From Pelagomonas calceolata (lineage: Eukaryota), in contig CAKKNE010000005.1 in NCBI GenBank assembly GCA_918797485.1, positions 558,001-622,000 of the forward strand: a stretch of 64,000 bases of DNA. The letters run 5' to 3'. Every line of letters starts with the position of its first letter. Position 1 is the stretch's first letter. The notes below the pieces were generated by a model that saw only the letters and a program-made list of their open reading frames with translations, was not told the DNA's origin and did not search any database. Made by a program: the position numbers and the translations under genes. Below, one piece after another: positions 32,964 through 44,296 of the stretch.

Positions 32964-35900
32964 TTGAAGATGCTGCGTGCCCTTGTTAGCGCTGTGTTGT
33001 CCGTGACCAGCGCGCTGCCGCTGCGGGCCCCCGCGCGCGGCCCCATTCTGGGCAGCTGCCTGAAACCTTGGAAGGGCTGCCCCGAGGGCGGCTCCCTGAG
33101 CGGCTCCCGGCTCGGTTTCGCTGGTTTCTCCGAGGTCATGGCCATGTACGACGGCAGCAAGTCCGACAAAAGCGGCAGCACGTGTGCGCCGCATGGCGAG
33201 AACGGCCTCGACCGCGCCGCCCCCAAGGCCCTGGCGACGAGCCCCGCCGCGACGGCGCTGCGCCAGCTCTACAAGAACCACGGGGCGGACGGCAGCACGT
33301 CCGACAAAAGCGGCAGCACGTGTGCGCCGCACGGCGAGAACGGCCTCGACCGCGCCGCCCCCAAGGCCCTGGCGACGAGCCCCGCCGCGACGGCGCTGCG
33401 CCAGCTCTACAACAACTACGGCGCGGACGGCCTCTACGCCGACGCGTTCGACTCCGAGACTATAAAAGGCGCGGCGACGACCGAGCTCGACCCGAACAAG
33501 TACCAGGCGGGCGGGGTGCACGCGCTCCACGCCGTCGAGCAGCCTGTTTCTGGCACCATGATGCCGTTTGCGGCCCCGGGCGCGACCAATGGAGGCGGCA
33601 GCGCGAACGAGCTGCAAACAGGCATCGACGTCTTGGACGTCGCGTCCGCCGAGCTGGCGCCTACGCCCGGCACCACGATGCAGTTCAAGGGCGGCGTCGA
33701 CGAAGAAGAAGCGGCCCAGAGCTACCTTGGGCGGACTTCCTGGTGCCTCTTCCAGGTACTCGCTTCGGTGGTTCCGCGGCGCAGTAGCTCGGCGATGGGA
33801 GCGGCCTGGCGCTCGTCCATCGTCGGCTACCTGCTTATTTGGGGGGACGTTACCCATGTGGCGGCGGAGACTTCGGTCCGCGGCGGCAGCGGCCGCAGCG
33901 ACGACAACACCAAGTCCAAAACCAAGACCAATAACGCACCGCGCGCGCCGGCGGGAGGCCTCGCGCAGCGGCGCGCGCTCACGGGCTATGTGATGGACAA
34001 CGATAGCATTAGAACGGCGGTGACGACTTGGTTTGACGACCAGTCCGCCGCCGAGGCGGTCTACGGGCACATTTCGACTTGGGAGACTTCCGGGGTGACG
34101 GACATGTCGGGGTTGTTTTGCGTGCGGCAGGATATGGACGACGACTGGTACAACGATTGCATCAATGCAGATGCGTCCTTCAACGAGGACATCGGCGCGT
34201 GGGACACCTCCGGCGTCACGACGATGCACATGATGTTCGCCCACGCCTACGCCTTCGACCAGGACATTAGCTCGTGGGACACCTCTGGGGTCACGAGGAT
34301 GGACTACATGTTCTATGAAGCCTTGGCCTTCGACCAGGACATCGGCGATTGGGTGGTCCACAGTGTCATGAGCATGGAAGGGATGTTTCAGGAAGCCTGG
34401 TCCTTCGACCAGGACCTCGGCTGGTGCGTGGACGCGTACCTCGACGAGGCGTTCTCCGAGACCCGGTGCGCGTCGACGTCGTGCGGCGTCAAGGTGGGAC
34501 AATTTGTAACTGCGAGCGGCAGCTGCGAGTCTACCTACGCGCCGACTGCGTACTACGACGGCGTGCATCACACAGACGTAAGCATCCGCACGGCCGTGAC
34601 GGCTTGGTTGAGCGACGCGACGGCCGCCGAGGCGACGTACGGCCACATTTCCACGTGGGAGACTGGGGGGGTGACGGACATGTCGTATTTGTTTTGCGTG
34701 CGGCAGAGTTGGATGGACAGCGATTCACATTACGACGATTGCGTCTTATCAACGTCGTCCTTCAACGAGGACATCGGCGCGTGGGACACCTCCGGCGTCA
34801 AAAGGATGGACTACATGTTCTTCTTAGCCTCGGCGTTCGACCAACCGCTGAACGACTGGCGGGTTGACAAGGTCACGGATATGAGCGGGATGTTCGCCGG
34901 CGCCTCGGTCTTCGACCAGGACATCAGTGCATGGGACACCTCGGGCGTCAGGAGCATGGGGGACATGTTCGGCGGCGCCTACGCCTTCAACCAGGACCTC
35001 GGCTGGTGCGTGGACGACGACGTTGACTTTGCGTATTCCGATGGGGAAGGCTCCACCTTTCAAGCTGCTTTCTCTTATACCCAGTGCGAGTTGACGTATT
35101 GTGGCGTCGTGCAAATGGACAACTGCCCGATCACGGGCTACGTCATGGACGACGATAGCATTAGAACGGCCGTCGCGGCATGGGCCTCGGACGCTGCGAC
35201 CGCCGAGGCGACGTACGGCCACATCTCGACGTGGGCGACTGGGGGGGTGACGGACATGTCGCACTTGTTTTGCGTGCGGCAGGATTATATGGACGATCCT
35301 GATGAGGCGGAATATTATGAATCCTGTGTGCTTCCGGCATCTGCTGCGTCCTTCAACGAGGACATCGGCGCGTGGGACACCTCTGGCGTAACGAGGATGT
35401 ACGGGATGTTCGCCTTCGCCTCGGCGTTCAACCGAGACATTGGTGGTTGGGCGGTTCACAGCGTCACAACGATGGAGGAGATGTTCGAAAGCGCCTTGGC
35501 CTTCGACCAGGACCTCGGCTGGTGCGTGGACGACGACGTGGACCTTCACCTAGCGTTTCGCTACACCCCGTGCGCGTCGACGTTGTGCGGTGTCTCGTGG
35601 GGCGGCTGCGACATCCCGAGCAATGGTAATGTCATGGCCAACGGGAAGATCAGAATTGCAGTTGCAGCGTGGCTCTCCGACGCCACGGCAGCCGAGGCGA
35701 CGTACGGCCACATCTCGACGTGGAGGACCGACAAGGTGACGGACACGTCAGGTTTGTTCAGAGAAAAGACCTCATTCAACGACGAAATCGGCGCGTGGGA
35801 CACCTCCGGCGTTACGAAGATGCACTGGATGTTCGACGAGGCCTGGGCGTTCAACCAACCAATTGGCAACTGGCGTGTCGACAACGTCATGGATATGAAC

Positions 35901-37028
35901 GGCATGTTCTTCCGCGCCTATGCCTTTAACCAAGACATCGGTGATTGGGCGGTCCAAAGCGTCAAGGACTTTACGGAAATGTTCGGCGGGGCCTCGTCTT
36001 TTAACCAATACATCGGTGATTGGGCGGTCCACAGCGTCACTGACATAAGCTACATGTTCGAGGGCGCCTCGGCCTTCGACCAGGACCTCGGCTGGTGCGT
36101 GGACAACGACGTGAGCCTGGAAGGCGCGTTCTCCGAGACCCAGTGCGAGTCGACGTCGTGCGGCATCGTGCAAATGGACAACTGCCCGATCACGGGCTAC
36201 CCGATCACGAGCTACGCCATGGACGACAGTAGCATTAGAACGGCGGTGACGACTTGGTTCTATGACCCGAGTGCTGCCGAGGCGACGTACGGCCACATTT
36301 CGACATGGGAGACATCGGGGGTGACGGACATGTCGCTTTTGTTCTACGACTCCAGTAGGAATATAGCCAGGCCCTTTAACGAGGACATCGGCGCGTGGGA
36401 CACTTCCGGTGTTACGACGATGAGGAAGATGTTCGCTGCCGCCAGGGCCTTCGACCAGGACATCAGCGCCTGGAGCGTCGACAACGTCAGGGACATGAAC
36501 CAGATGTTCCGCGAAGCCTCGTCTTTTAACCAGGACCTCGGCTGGTGCGTGGACGACGGCGTGATAGGTAACTCGGCGTTCTCTGGCAGCGGGTGCTGCT
36601 CAACGTCCTGCGGCGTCGCTCAAAAGGACGAAACCGGTGACTGCCAAATCAAAAGAATATACAATCGAATAAAGGGAATTTTAAACGATTGTGACGACGA
36701 CGATGGGGCCACGGAACTTGTCATGTCAACGGGACTCGCTGCGATTGGAATCACGTTCACGGGGATCACCATCGCGGCGATCGCGAATGCGCTCCAGGAA
36801 CAATGCGCCCTGGGCCCCACGATCGTCTACGAGGCCGGCACGACGCACCCCTACTACATCACCCCCAACCTCTGCACCATCGGGACCAAGACCTTTTCGT
36901 CGGACAAGACAGTTCGCGACGCCTCGCCGCGCAAGGTCTGCCGCAAGTTCTGCGAGGCTGCATCGGAGAAGGGCAAACTGGCGCTCAAGCACGTCCAGGG
37001 CCTGACGTGCTACTGCAAGCGGGGGTAA
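32964..37028 (+). CDS. DUF285/BspA-like repeat surface protein
   Basis: [16 protein letters not shown]..MF repeats in 5 modules; late TM segment; Cys-rich tail. True start uncertain. Confidence 0.85.
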   Translation: MKMLRALVSAVLSVTSALPLRAPARGPILGSCLKPWKGCPEGGSLSGSRLGFAGFSEVMAMYDGSKSDKSGSTCAPHGENGLDRAAPKALATSPAATALRQLYKNHGADGSTSDKSGSTCAPHGENGLDRAAPKALATSPAATALRQLYNNYGADGLYADAFDSETIKGAATTELDPNKYQAGGVHALHAVEQPVSGTMMPFAAPGATNGGGSANELQTGIDVLDVASAELAPTPGTTMQFKGGVDEEEAAQSYLGRTSWCLFQVLASVVPRRSSSAMGAAWRSSIVGYLLIWGDVTHVAAETSVRGGSGRSDDNTKSKTKTNNAPRAPAGGLAQRRALTGYVMDNDSIRTAVTTWFDDQSAAEAVYGHISTWETSGVTDMSGLFCVRQDMDDDWYNDCINADASFNEDIGAWDTSGVTTMHMMFAHAYAFDQDISSWDTSGVTRMDYMFYEALAFDQDIGDWVVHSVMSMEGMFQEAWSFDQDLGWCVDAYLDEAFSETRCASTSCGVKVGQFVTASGSCESTYAPTAYYDGVHHTDVSIRTAVTAWLSDATAAEATYGHISTWETGGVTDMSYLFCVRQSWMDSDSHYDDCVLSTSSFNEDIGAWDTSGVKRMDYMFFLASAFDQPLNDWRVDKVTDMSGMFAGASVFDQDISAWDTSGVRSMGDMFGGAYAFNQDLGWCVDDDVDFAYSDGEGSTFQAAFSYTQCELTYCGVVQMDNCPITGYVMDDDSIRTAVAAWASDAATAEATYGHISTWATGGVTDMSHLFCVRQDYMDDPDEAEYYESCVLPASAASFNEDIGAWDTSGVTRMYGMFAFASAFNRDIGGWAVHSVTTMEEMFESALAFDQDLGWCVDDDVDLHLAFRYTPCASTLCGVSWGGCDIPSNGNVMANGKIRIAVAAWLSDATAAEATYGHISTWRTDKVTDTSGLFREKTSFNDEIGAWDTSGVTKMHWMFDEAWAFNQPIGNWRVDNVMDMNGMFFRAYAFNQDIGDWAVQSVKDFTEMFGGASSFNQYIGDWAVHSVTDISYMFEGASAFDQDLGWCVDNDVSLEGAFSETQCESTSCGIVQMDNCPITGYPITSYAMDDSSIRTAVTTWFYDPSAAEATYGHISTWETSGVTDMSLLFYDSSRNIARPFNEDIGAWDTSGVTTMRKMFAAARAFDQDISAWSVDNVRDMNQMFREASSFNQDLGWCVDDGVIGNSAFSGSGCCSTSCGVAQKDETGDCQIKRIYNRIKGILNDCDDDDGATELVMSTGLAAIGITFTGITIAAIANALQEQCALGPTIVYEAGTTHPYYITPNLCTIGTKTFSSDKTVRDASPRKVCRKFCEAASEKGKLALKHVQGLTCYCKRG
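33151..33430 (+). repeat. 138-bp tandem duplication (2 near-identical copies, in frame)
   Basis: Copies start at 33151 and 33289. Confidence 0.9.
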
Positions 37029-37046
37029 CAAACACACTTATTAACA

Positions 37047-40000
37047 TCACTCGAGCTTCGTCGCGCACGCGCCTCCCACCGCATCCTTGAAGATAGATAA
37101 AGACTCCTCGGCGCAGAGCACGGCCCAGCGCGCCGGCTTGCCCCCTTGATCTTGGCCGAAGACCACGAGGACGCGCGTCGACGCCTCCTCATCTAAATCC
37201 CGGCAGTCCGTGGGTGATGGTGCTGTCAGCCCCGCGTGGCCTAACAGTACCAGCACCTCGCGCGGGGCCCGCCCGCCATCCACGTCCTTCTCCGAGGACC
37301 ATCCAGCTAGACGCCGCCCGTGCAAGATCACATAACGATCCTGCCACTTGTCCTGGAGATGGATGCGACACCTAATTTCGCAGGACGGCGACCAGATGGC
37401 ATGCAGCTGCGCCCGTCTCCTCATCCGCTTCTCGTTCTCTATAAGTAACTGGGCGTGCTCCTTCGCGCGCACGTCGTAGCAGTCCCTCAGTGCCCTATCG
37501 TGGGGCACGCTCCTCACCGCATTGACGAGTCGCGTCGTCATCGGCGAGCCGTCGCCCGGTAGCAAGCGATAGAGGAACTCATACAAACCTCCCGCGAGGA
37601 TCAGGTATCTCGTCTGCACCCTCGCAAATAACACAACCCCAAAGCACGCGCATAGAAACAGAAACAGCGTCTTTTCCGGGTGCGTCCACGTCAGCAGGTT
37701 CTTAAACCCCTCGCCGAAGTCCAAAATCCTTCCTAGTAAGTTCTGGGCATAAACGGCATACTCGTTCGCCGTCACGACGGTGCTGAGGGGTTTGGTAGCT
37801 TCCCGCGCGTAGGCGCCGACGGACTGCGTCAGCGTGTGCGTATCTGTGGTCATGGGGTCGATCATGGCCTCGACGGCGCGGCACAATCTTTTTTCTTCAT
37901 TGTTCGGCTCACTGTCATCTCTCAAGACTAACTGTAGTCTCACGTGCACCGCGGGCTTCTCCTTACGCTTCTTCGGAACTTCCTCATCCACAATTTCGAG
38001 CTCGTGCCAGCCTCTTCTCTCTCGTTGCGGGCCCCGTTCGTCGCTGTCCACTAAATCACACAAAGGTATGACGACTTCTCCTATACACGAATCGGCCAAT
38101 CGTCCCGTCCGGAAGACCGCAACCCTCACACCGCCCTGCGCCTCGGACCAGGCCAGCATTTGTTCCGCGTCCATGGGCTGCGGCAGGGGGTAGACTAAAC
38201 ATCTGTCGATGGTCTGGGACGTGTCGTTCTTGCGCCAGCCCCGCCGTTCCCAGGGTTCGACGATACAAGGTGTTGCGTGGTCGTGATCCCCGAGCAAAGA
38301 TGATACTCGTCTGATCGAGGACCACCCGGCCTCCCGGTCGACCGTCGCCCCCAGCGACCCGTGCCACCTCGGATCTCTCCCTCGACACGTGCCCGTGTAT
38401 CCTAATAAAGTTTCGTGGTGCGTGATTTCTTCCTCTTCGACCTTGGTGGTCGTCGGTGACACCTGTGTGGAAATCAAAGTTGCACCTGACGCACCGGTTG
38501 GTTTCCACGCAGGGCGAGACGGGCAGCGGGGCGTCGTCCAGCATGATCGAGTCGCCCCGCGCCTTCGTACCTTGCGCCGCACCGGGCGTCGGCATGGCCT
38601 GGGCGTCGTCCAGCAGAGCGTCGAGCGACGTATCAACAGATAGCGCTTCCGCTATCCTAGGTGAGGCCGAGCCCGAGCGTGGTCGAGGCTTCTCTACAAC
38701 AGGTTCATCCAACAACGGTCTTCGAAACGTCGCCACGGCGTACACATCATCATCTTTCTCGAAACCGCGTCCAGCACACACCGCGATCTTCAGCCGTCCG
38801 CACGGCCGGAACCGCTGCGTCGCACCATTCAGCAACTCCGCGTCGGCCTTCTCGAACGCCTCATCTAAAAATGAAGCTCTAGGGTAGCCTCTCAGAAATC
38901 GTCTCCTGCCTAGCACGAGCAACCCGAGAGCTACCAATGTAACTGGAACGAGTCCGGCATACTCCGCATCTAAGAATAAACAAATGGAGACAAATACAAT
39001 AAACACGGAACCGGTCTGCAGCGGCCTTGTCCACCTCATAAATGCATCATAAGCGTCCATGAACGCGTAGATCGCGTGGACGCAATCGGTCGCGCGCCTT
39101 ATATGTTGCTTCGAGATCTCGATGGAGAACTGCTCTGGTTGCGGGGGGCGCTCTACGGATATCGGTGTCGGCGCCCACCACAGCTTGTCCCCAAACACCG
39201 TGAAGCGCGCCGACGGCCAATGCACGACCGCCGTCGGTAGGTTCGCTTTATCTCGCAGGTAGGAGTTGGCCGCGTCGTCAAAATAATAGGATGAGGGAGG
39301 TGATCCGTACCTCTTCGCGGATTCCGATTGCGTCAAGTAGGGTATCTGCGTGCCTGGGGGTAAGTTAGCTTTTATAATTGATTGGGCCTGCTTCAGGTAG
39401 TCCAAAGCTTTCTGATCGGCCTGCTCCTGTAGTAAGTCGAGCACGCCGAAGCGGTGACTCCCAACAACACTGTCACGAGCCGCGTCGACGAGTTCCACGC
39501 GAACTTCGGCCGCGAAGCTTTCGACGCAGAACCGCCACCGGACGTCGAAGTGCGGCTCCCTACTTTGGTAGACCGTATGCGTACGTCTATTAAAGCGGCC
39601 TCGTTTGGGCGGAGGCATGTCCCTCGAACCCGCCAGCACGACTCTGACATAGTAGTCTCCAGTGGTAGTGTCTTCTTCGTCACTCGTTTCCAGTAATTTG
39701 ACCGATGCCAGATGCAATTCTAATCTTCCAACACCTTCTTCGACATCATCGACAAACACAGCGTCGCCCGACGGGGACCTTTTCGCCCGCGGAGACCCTT
39801 GCACCAACGGCTCATCAAAGGAAGGTTGCGGCGTCTCGAGGGGAGGCGGCTTCTTCCCCACACAATCAAACACGGCGTGCGCTTTCAGCTGGCAGCCACC
39901 ATGCACGCTGAGCCCGCAGGCCTCACACCTAAACCCTTGATGCCGCAGTCCCATCATGAGTTTTTCGCATACCGCGCACCACTGCGGCGTGTTGTAGGAC

Positions 40001-40476
40001 TGCAATCGGAAGAGGTGCTGGTGGCGCACGTCCTCATTCAACACCAAGGACGGCGTCCGCGCGATAGCTGTCGGGGTCGTCGTGCCCGGGACGAATTTCG
40101 TTTGTAGGAGTACGGAGGTCTTCTCATTGAGTGAGATCCACATTTCATTCTCTTCGCCCGGGATGAGTAGGGGCTGGGCGTCGATTGTGGTCAAACCGAG
40201 ACAGCGCTCATAGACGAGTAACTCGCGACTCCTCAGATCAATTGATAATTGTGGCTGGGCCTCGTCGTGTGCCGCGAGATGCGGTAAGACTACGAGATTG
40301 GCGTCGGACAAGGCCCACTCCGCCGTGCCGTCGTCGTCGCACTGGGCCGTATCCGACGATTGCTCCTCCTTCCACGGGAGCAGTCGGAGTCGGACCGTTA
40401 GAGCGGCCGCGGGCGCCGCGTCTAGACCCTTGGCCTGCCGCACTCTAACTTGTAATAAGCCGGAGACCGAGGCCAT
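37047..40476 (-). CDS. Multiple-C2 + C1 transmembrane protein (MCTP-like) with a C-terminal PH-like domain (exons 40476-38521, 38462-37047)
   Basis: C2 strands; C1 HLF..WCAVCEK..GLRHQGFRCEACG..H..C; PRT-C-like NLLTWTHP plus TM. Confidence 0.8.
38463..38520 (-). mobile_element. Minimal introner (8-bp TSD + 50-bp TIR element)
   Basis: Sense strand: gtctcgcc + ctgcgtggaaaccaa...ttgatttccacacag | gtgtcacc. Splicing joins the ORFs as APLP|VSPTTTK. Confidence 0.88.
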
Positions 40477-40688
40477 TATTCCTTATGTTTATCTTCTTCG
40501 CGTGTGCGTGTACGTGCTGAACAGTGCGCTGCGGAGAGGCTGCTCGTCGTCGGCGCCACCGCTCGAACGAGTGGCGCGGGCGGCTGTGTGCGCCGACAGT
40601 GAGCACTGTACGCACACTGATGCGTCAAAACTCACGTCGCTCGTCCCCCTGTCGCGCCGAGCAGCTTTTTTTGCCGTCTGAGGCTGAG

Positions 40689-40710
40689 CTAGCGGCATGT
40701 AAGGCACTAG
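40689..40710 (-). promoter_or_regulatory. Conserved CTAG promoter motif
   Basis: Reverse complement ctagtgccttacatgccgctag(ctcagc), nearly identical to 1012-1039. Confidence 0.65.
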
Positions 40711-40991
40711 CGCGGTTTGACCAGGCGTCTTCCAGCACGCCCGAGCGCTCCTCCGGCACGGCGCGCACCCGTCGCCGCACGGAAGTGAGCGCTCCGCCGC
40801 CGCCCAAAACCCGTGTCCGGCAAGAGTTATTCGAAAAGCGGCCCGATAAATCGCCGCCGCAGAGCACGGGCGCGGGGAGCGCGGCTGCCCGACGACGTCC
40901 GGGACCCTATAGGCCCAACTCCACGGCGAGGAACAGCCCCCAGACGCCACCGCGGCCGGCGGGCCCAGCGCCCTGGGAGCGGGCAGCCACC

Positions 40992-42882
40992 ATGCCCTCC
41001 GAAGGCAAGGAGGACGACAAGCCCAAGAGCCGCCTGCGACCTAAAGTGGTTTTGTTGAATGCCTCCAAGCGCGAGGCCTTCTCGCCCAACAGCGGCTTCA
41101 AGCGGCTCTTCCGGCGATTACGATCGAGCAATTACAAGCCCGTAAATAATCGGGACGACATCACGGCCAAACTCCTGGAAGATGCGGACGTCTTAGTGAC
41201 CGCTTGTCCGAGAGAAAAGTTCACGGGTGAGGAAATTGAGTGCATCCAGGCCTGGTTGAAAAAAGGCGGTTCACTGTTCTGTTTATCGGCCGAAGGCGGC
41301 GAGGAGAAATATGGAGGGAACATGAACGACTTACTCAAGCCCTACGGCATGTCGTGTAGCAACGATAGTGTTTTGAGGACCGTGTACTACAAGTACCTTC
41401 ACCCAAAGGAGGTGTTCGTTTCGCACGGCGTCCTGCAGCCGTCTTTGGTGGCCAACAAACATCTGGTGATCTCTGGCAAGCGAAAGACGAAGCGGGAGCA
41501 GCTGAAGGGCGACGCACTGAAGGAGGCGACGGCGAACGGTGGCGGTCTCAGTTTCGTCTATCCCCGCGGCGCGACTTTAGGTATAAGAAGACCGGCCCGA
41601 GCCGTGTTATCTACCGGAGCCATCTCCTACCCGATCCACCGCACGGTCTGCGCGGCCTGGGAGGGCAAGACGGATAAAGATCTCCCTCCGAAGTCGCCCA
41701 AACCAAGGGTGGTTGCGATGGGTGCGGCAGAAATGTTTGCAGATGATTGGCTCGACAAGGAGGAGAATAATATTGTGATGGACTTGCTGTTCAAGTGGCT
41801 TTGCAGGGATGATGAGGCGCCTTCGCTCGTTGCGGCGGCGCCGTCTCAGACATCACGTCCAGTCAAAGACCGAGGCTTGACGAGGCATAGCTTCGATCCA
41901 GGGGCGGATGCGACCTTCGAGCTCGCGGAAGGCGAGCACCACCACGCGGAGGCGGACAAGGAGTACGCGCGCGTTCCAGACATAGAAGCCCTCGCCAGTC
42001 GTCTGCGAGCGTGCCTGCAGGAGGGCGAGGAGCTCCCGCGCAACTTCGCGAAGTTATTCAATGACGCCCTCTTCCGCTTCGACACGGACGCGATCCCGGA
42101 GGTCGTGGCCTTGTACGAATCTGTGTGGAAATCAACCAGTGAGTCTCGAGACTCATGTTTTCGGCTCAAACCTGGACACAATCTCCGAGGGATAGTTGAG
42201 ACCGTATCCAGAGAGTAGCACCTCACGCAAACCACGAGAGATTGAACTTTGCTGTCCTCGCAGGTACGAACAGCTTAATGTCAAACACGAGCCCCTGTCG
42301 CTCATACCGCCGACGTTCGAGTGCCCCCTGCCTCCGTTGTTGCCGGCGACGTTTCCCCCGGCGTTGCGGGAGCCGCCGCCGCCGCCGTTGGACCAGTTCG
42401 ACCTCGACGAGCACTTCGCCAGCAAACGCGAGCGGCTCGCGCAGTTGACGAACAAATGCTTACAAGGCAACGGTGTGGAAACAGATGATGATTTGGACTA
42501 CTACATCCGGGAGGCGTGCGACGTCGTCGGCGCGACGAAGGTTCTGGCGGACAAAACGGGCGACGGCGCGCCGCCGTCGGCCATGCGGGCTCTGGCCTTT
42601 GTGTTAGCTGAACTGGTGAACTTCAAGAAGGTCAACCCCGGCGAGAGCGAGGTCAACCACGAGCGGCGGGCGGGAGAAGGCGAGGAGCCGGGCGAGAACC
42701 TGTCGGCCGGAGCCATCCTCGCAAGTTCGGAGCCGATGAAGAAACGCACACAACTGAAACATTTAGATGGGGCGCCGGACGCGAAGTCCATGGCCCTGTC
42801 GCCGATCGCTGGTGGTGGTGAACCTAGCTTCCAGGCCGAGGCCAAGGGCGGTGACGGCGCGGAGGTGATGAGCTTCAAGTAG
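40992..42882 (+). CDS. IFT52: Intraflagellar transport protein 52 (exons 40992-42112, 42264-42882)
   Basis: NASKRE, PREKFT, RTVYYKYLHPKE, LYEQLNVKHEPLSLIPPTFECPLP, FDLDEHF. Confidence 0.95.
42113..42263 (+). mobile_element. Introner element in IFT52
   Basis: gtacgaat + ctgtgtggaaatcaa...ctcgcag | gtacgaac (TSD 7/8 identical). Confidence 0.88.
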
Positions 42883-42912
42883 GTCCTTCTCCCCTGGTGT
42901 AAGCGACTCACA

Positions 42913-43761
42913 TTACTTCCTACGCTTCGCCGGCGCCAGGGACGGATCGTGCGCGCCACATAAGCGCGAGTAGATCGAGTCGAGCGAGTGCTCTAGCGAC
43001 GCGTAGGCGCCGTCCTCGCGCTGCTCGGCGATGACCATCTCGTTCATGCCGCCCGGCGTCTGCTCCGCGACCAAGTCCGATAGGGTCGACGGTTTTGCGT
43101 TTCGCGCGTCGTGCGTCATCGTGTGGAAGACGCCGCCGACGTACGCCGACGCCGCCGTCGCGTCGACGCCGTTTGCAACGAGCCAGTCCTGGGCCGTCTT
43201 CTGGCGCGCGTAGAGGTCGCCCATCACGCAGGTCATGGCCTGCAGGCGCTGGAACTGGTCTTCCGTGGCCACGGGCACGGCCGTTCCCAGTCGCTCAAAG
43301 ATGGCGACGGTGCGCGGTTCGGGCGGCGTCACGATGGTCGTGCCGGCGTTCTCCGCGATGGCCGGCAGCGGGCACGCCAGCGCACATTCCGCGGGGCCGC
43401 ACCATCTTTCAATGTCTGCCAAAGGCACGCCGGCCATCAGTGAGATGACGAGCTGCCCTTGTCGAAACTGCAAAGGCTCGCACACCTGTTGAGCCTGGCC
43501 GGGCAGCACGGCCAGCACCACGCAGTCGCAGGCGTCGACGACGGCCTGGTTGGTTGCCGCGATTCGTACCGTTTCGAACTCTTGCTCCAATGCTTGCGCC
43601 TTGGCGGCGTTGCGCGGCGACAGCACAACTTGCGGTGCATCGCTGCGGCAGAGGCCGCGCACGGCCGCGGAGCTGATCGTGCCGACGCCGACGACACCGA
43701 TGGACTCGGGCACCAGGGCGCTGCCGACGCTGGCGGCCATGAGGAGTGCGATGCGGTGCAT
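42913..43761 (-). CDS. Pyrroline-5-carboxylate reductase-like oxidoreductase with a leader
   Basis: IGVVGVGTI, LSPRNA, NQAVVD..D.VVLAV, QTPGGMNE. Confidence 0.8.
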   Translation of the reverse strand: MHRIALLMAASVGSALVPESIGVVGVGTISSAAVRGLCRSDAPQVVLSPRNAAKAQALEQEFETVRIAATNQAVVDACDCVVLAVLPGQAQQVCEPLQFRQGQLVISLMAGVPLADIERWCGPAECALACPLPAIAENAGTTIVTPPEPRTVAIFERLGTAVPVATEDQFQRLQAMTCVMGDLYARQKTAQDWLVANGVDATAASAYVGGVFHTMTHDARNAKPSTLSDLVAEQTPGGMNEMVIAEQREDGAYASLEHSLDSIYSRLCGAHDPSLAPAKRRK

Positions 43762-43833
43762 AAAAATCGTTGCAACGCGTGGGTGCGCCAGCAGCCTTCC
43801 CTGCGGCTTTTTAGGCAAGCTTGCTAGGCAGCC

Positions 43834-43855
43834 CTAGTGTGTTACTCTACGCTAG
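43834..43855 (+). promoter_or_regulatory. Conserved CTAG promoter motif
   Basis: ctagtgtgttactctacgctag between divergent genes. Confidence 0.6.
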
Positions 43856-43927
43856 CTTGTGTTTTTGGCTCAAAAAAGCCTTTGCGTACGCTGTTTAGCA
43901 CGCTTTCGTCGTCAGCGATACAAGCGC

Positions 43928-44296
43928 ATGGCCCTGGCACTCCTCCGCCGCGCGAGCACCCTGCGCCGCTCGCTGGCCACGTACGCAAAGGTCCAAGACA
44001 GGGACACCACTGTGGCAGCCCTGCGATTACGAGGCTGGAAGGACCAAGCACCTAAGAGGGACGCCGTCGCGAAGCGCTTCGAGTTCGCGAGCTTCAACGA
44101 AGCGTTCGGCTGGATGTCGCGAGTAGCGTTACAAGCGGAATCCGTAGATCACCATCCCGAGTGGACGAACCTCTACTCCATCGTCGAGGTCACGCTCACG
44201 ACACATGCGGTAGACGGTTTATCGGACCGCGACGTTCAAATGGCCGATTTTATGGACCATGCGGCGGCGCGCTTCGCGCCCAAGCCCTTCAAATGA
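43928..44296 (+). CDS. Pterin-4-alpha-carbinolamine dehydratase
   Basis: [34 protein letters not shown]. Confidence 0.92.
   Translation: MALALLRRASTLRRSLATYAKVQDRDTTVAALRLRGWKDQAPKRDAVAKRFEFASFNEAFGWMSRVALQAESVDHHPEWTNLYSIVEVTLTTHAVDGLSDRDVQMADFMDHAAARFAPKPFK

Noticed and set aside
32901..34646. 581-aa antisense ORF, and many similar Arg/Ala/Pro-rich overlapping ORFs
   Set aside because: Shadow frames caused by high GC3; the opposite strand encodes a recognisable protein.
44161..44292. Upstream GTG-initiated extension of the nitroreductase ORF
   Set aside because: It lies within the dehydratase CDS and reads as shadow sequence; ATG 44293 gives a sensible leader.
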